DNA of 63,649 nucleotides, filler included, from Collodictyon triciliatum (Eukaryota), in NCBI GenBank assembly GCA_043381765.1. It is 5 parts of 5 records of this genome, joined end to end, with 100 filler letters (N's around TTAATTAATTAA, not from the genome) between each part and the next. Parts side by side here need not be neighbours in the genome. Positions count along the whole stretch, not along the records: positions 59,740 to 62,244 come from JBHJMP010000978.1; positions 62,345 to 63,649 come from JBHJMP010001108.1; 3 more parts are not named here. The stretch is one strand, 5' to 3'. Positions 60,396-63,649 of the stretch are shown piece after piece. A program made the translations under genes and the position numbers. Each line of letters begins with the position of its first letter. Within the stretch, counting starts at the first letter, position 1. Below the pieces are notes generated by a model. The model saw nothing but the letters and a program-made list of their open reading frames with translations, did not search any database and was not told the DNA's origin.

Positions 60396-60515
60396 GGGCC
60401 GTGCGGGGAAGCGGGAGGGAGTGTTCCGCGTCTGGCCGGGTGTCGGGGATGTGCTTCGGGAGGGTTTATGGACACGGGTGTGCTGCTTGGACCGGGATTT
60501 GTGTTGAAGGCGTTG

Positions 60516-62167
60516 CTAGGGGCGGAGGGGCAGGGGCAGGGGCAGGGGCAGGGGGGTGGGGTGGGTGTCTGAGAGGAGGAAGGCGTGGAGGGAGCAGGCG
60601 GGGATGCGGGCGAGGAAGTGGCGGGCGATGGCGGCGAGGGTGTCTGCGTCGGAGGGCGCGCAGAGGGTGATTGCGAGGGCGTCGGGGCGGGGGATGCGGG
60701 CGACGCGGTGGAGGTAGATGACGGGGCCCTTGGGCATGTCGAAGTTGACGAGGCGGGTCAGGCGGGGGAAGCGCAGGCCGCGGGCGACCGCCTCTGTGGC
60801 GACGAGGACGGGGCGGTCGCCGCGCTGGAAGGCGGCCAGCAGCGCGTGGCGGGCGGCGGGGGGGAGGGCGCCGCAGAGGGCGTCGGCGGGGAGGGGGAGG
60901 GCTGCGCGGATGTGCGCGGCGACGGTGCGGACGGCGTGCGCGGTGCTGCAGAAGACGAGGGTGCGGGCGTGGCGGTGGCGGCGGTGGTGGGTGCGCAGGG
61001 CGTGCAGCAGGGCGGGCAGGCGGTGCGATGCGTCGGGCAGGTGCACGGCCAGCTGCGGCAGGGGCGGCAGCGTCTCTCCGCGGGGCAGCAGCCGCACGGC
61101 ACACCCGCCGGCGCGCCCGTCCAGCGCCTGCAGCAGCGGGCCCGCCGCGTCCAGCGTCCGCGTGGGCAGCGTCGCAGACACCAGCACCGCCTGCACGCCC
61201 TGCGCACCCACGGCGCTGCACAGCCGGCCGACCTGCCCCGCAAACGTCTGCATCAGCAGCTGGTCCGCCTCGTCCAGCACCACCAGCCGCACGCGCCCCG
61301 CGTCCAGCGCCCCGCGCGCAAGCAGGTCCAGCAGCCGCCCCGCCGTCCCCACCGCCACCGCCACCGCCGCACACGCGCCCCCGTCTGCGTCTCCATCTGC
61401 ATCTCCATCTGCGTCTCCGTCCGCCCCGCCCACGCACAGCCGCACAGCCCCATCCCCGGCGATGCCCGCGCACACCCGGTGCGTCTGCTCCGCCAGCTCC
61501 CGCGTCGGCGACACGAGGATGGCCTGCGGCTGCAGCGGCCCCGCGCGTGGCGCAGACGGTCCCGGCGTCCAGTCCACCCGCCCCAGCGCCCCCAGCACAA
61601 ACCCCAGCGTCTTGCCCGTCCCGCTGTGGCCCTGCGCGATGCAGCTCTCCCCCGCAATCATCCGCGGAATCAGCCACCGCTGGAACGCACTCGGCTCCCT
61701 GCCCCCCGCCGCCATCCGCCCCTGCTCTGCAAGCCACCCGTCGAGCCCCAGGCCCTCGAAGCCTCGCCCCTCCCACGCTTCTGCCTCTCCTCCAAAATCG
61801 GCGTCCGCAACTCGGTCCGTCTCCTCTCTCTCCTCGCCATGCGTTGCCTGTTCTGTCTTGTCTGCCTCGTCGCCTGAACTCTTGTGCCACAACGCCTCGT
61901 CTTGGTCGGTCCATGTGAACGGGCTGCCGTTGCTGAACAAGCTGAACTGGAGAGCTCTCATGGTCTTTGCTTCCGGTGCAAATCCTGCTGCTTCTACCTG
62001 GCTTCTGAGCTCCATGGTTTTGGCCTTGTTATATCTCGATCGCTTTGTTAGGGAGGAGGGGTTGTCCGTGGATGGATTCGCGCCTCTTGTGCCTAGGAAG
62101 CGTTCAGGGTGAGAATTCAGAATGGTTTGTACCCACCAGGAAACCTTGCTCGTCTGCAATTTATCCA

Positions 62168-62168
<1 letters not shown>
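60516..62168 (-). CDS. Divergent DEAD-box RNA helicase, intronless and very GC-rich
   Basis: Q motif PSAFQ, I GHSGTGKT, Ia SPTRELA, Ib GTAGRL, II DEAD, III SAT, IV LVFC, V ARGLRF, VI HRVARIPR. Start could be 62168 or the downstream Met (MELRSQ). Confidence 0.9.
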
Positions 62169-62244
<76 letters not shown>

Positions 62245-62344
62245 NNNNNNNNNNNNNNNNNNNNNNNNNNNNNNNNNNNNNNNNNNNNTTAATTAATTAA
62301 NNNNNNNNNNNNNNNNNNNNNNNNNNNNNNNNNNNNNNNNNNNN
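62245..62344. other. Artificial contig linker N44-TTAATTAATTAA-N44
   Basis: Same 100-nt linker. Confidence 0.97.
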
Positions 62345-62472
62345 TACCTTAGTAATAAGTATTACAGTATCAAGAATGGTTCAAATCCAAAAAAAGAAGT
62401 AATTATAAACAAAATATTGTTTAATGTATTTTAGTAACCACCAGAGTTTCATATCACAATATCACCATAATA

Positions 62473-63168
62473 GTTCGTTCTACGCTCGAAAGAAGCTAAA
62501 GCGCATCCAAGGGAGAGTATATGAAATGAGAAACAGAACAAAATATTTACTTTCAAATTTATATCCTATGTGATTTTGATGGTTCACATAAAGTAGGGGT
62601 TTACCTTCCCATCCAATATAAGGGGGTTTCCCAAAAAAATAACAAAAATTTTACAACAATATATGGGATATACCCATGGCCAATGCGTTAGCCGAAAAAC
62701 CCCATCCCGTTTTTTTTTTTTTTTTTTTTTTGGATGGCCAGCATGTATTCATAGAGCCCGAGAATGGAAGACACGCTGAAGCCCACCGCCGGATTGAAAT
62801 ACCAAAGCTTTTAATGAGTAGACATATTTTATGTAAAAAATGACAGGATTCAAAAAAGGAGCATATATTAAGCAATAAAGTAATAAAAGATAACTGCTTG
62901 TATTAAAGCCCATTATTTAATAGGTGCATAATCCATGTTTCAAGAAGGTTGGATGCATTCGATTCAGTTTATTCTATTTATGGGCATATCATTACGAGTA
63001 CCCATGGAGCCTCTTCAAATATCACTCATACAAGAGACAACGCCTTCCACAAGTAAAATCCTGTTTGTTCTTGCAATATTATCGGTGAAACGATACAATA
63101 AATTCTAAAATATTTTTCAAATGACGGGATTGCTCGAGAGCTTGTTTCTGGGACATTAGTCTAATGCT

Positions 63169-63206
<38 letters not shown>

Positions 63207-63575
63207 TGAATTGTTAAATTTACTTTTCTAATTAAAGAAATTTTATGAATGATATAACAAATCCAAGAAAGAGAAGAACCTTTTGATGCTAATAGAAATC
63301 ATACGAAACCCATTATCAAGTTTATCAGCGGGCTTTTTGAAAAAGATATCTGCAACTTTCCTGTTGTAATAGACGAAATGATAGAATCGTGTAGACACGA
63401 GAAAACGGCGGCGTTTGACGTATTGTTATTATGTATAATTGGAACTAGTTTAGTTATTTTTCCATGTCTAAATTTCAATTAAGATATTTCTTGATCGGGC
63501 TTACATCGATGGAGGAGTGCTTCAGTTCTCAAAATCAGCCATTGATATTCTCGATCGGCGTGACATTTTCAATCA
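62473..63575 (+). CDS. Fragment of an unidentified multi-exon gene
   Basis: AG/GT-bounded open segments such as REEPFDANRNHTKPIIKFISGLFEKDICNFPVVIDEMIESCRHEKTAAFD|IFLDRAYIDGGVLQFSKSAIDILDRRDIFN; no recognisable motif. Confidence 0.4.
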
Positions 63576-63649
63576 GTTTTTTGTTCTGTTCGAACAACAA
63601 CAAAAACAACAAAAACAACAAAAACAACAACAACAACAAAAATATAAAT

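Noticed and set aside
60466-62112. Long overlapping ORFs in other frames (482, 464, 430, 296 aa)
   Set aside because: Stop-codon scarcity in very GC-rich DNA; only the DEAD-box frame has motifs.

Overview
Intron-rich eukaryotic (protist-like) genomic DNA in the standard genetic code; I cannot identify the organism. The window is five contigs or scaffolds joined by artificial 100-nt N44-TTAATTAATTAA-N44 linkers, with extra N gaps that often sit in intronic microsatellites. Manual splicing gives about 13 genes in this order: a secreted kelch-repeat protein (partial), proteasome alpha5 (PSMA5), an LRR/helical/PH-like protein, splicing factor RBM22, a divergent PPP-type metallophosphatase that resembles a bacterial (Dependentiae/TM6-like) subfamily, a ~22-kb HYDIN-like multi-ASH/Ig-domain gene (5'-truncated), a DUF4062-NACHT STAND protein (3'-truncated), a KANSL1-like PEHE protein, an LRR-ROC-COR-kinase (Roco), a divergent Tubby protein, acylphosphatase (partial), an intronless GC-rich divergent DEAD-box helicase, and an unidentified gene fragment. 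The main leads are (1) a candidate innate-immunity locus, with a Roco carrying 69-nt one-LRR-per-exon cassettes, a non-RD kinase and SAM-like tails near an NLR-like NACHT gene; (2) a possible bacterial gene transfer; (3) weak splice signals, including GC-AG introns. All gene models were read by eye and have no transcript support.
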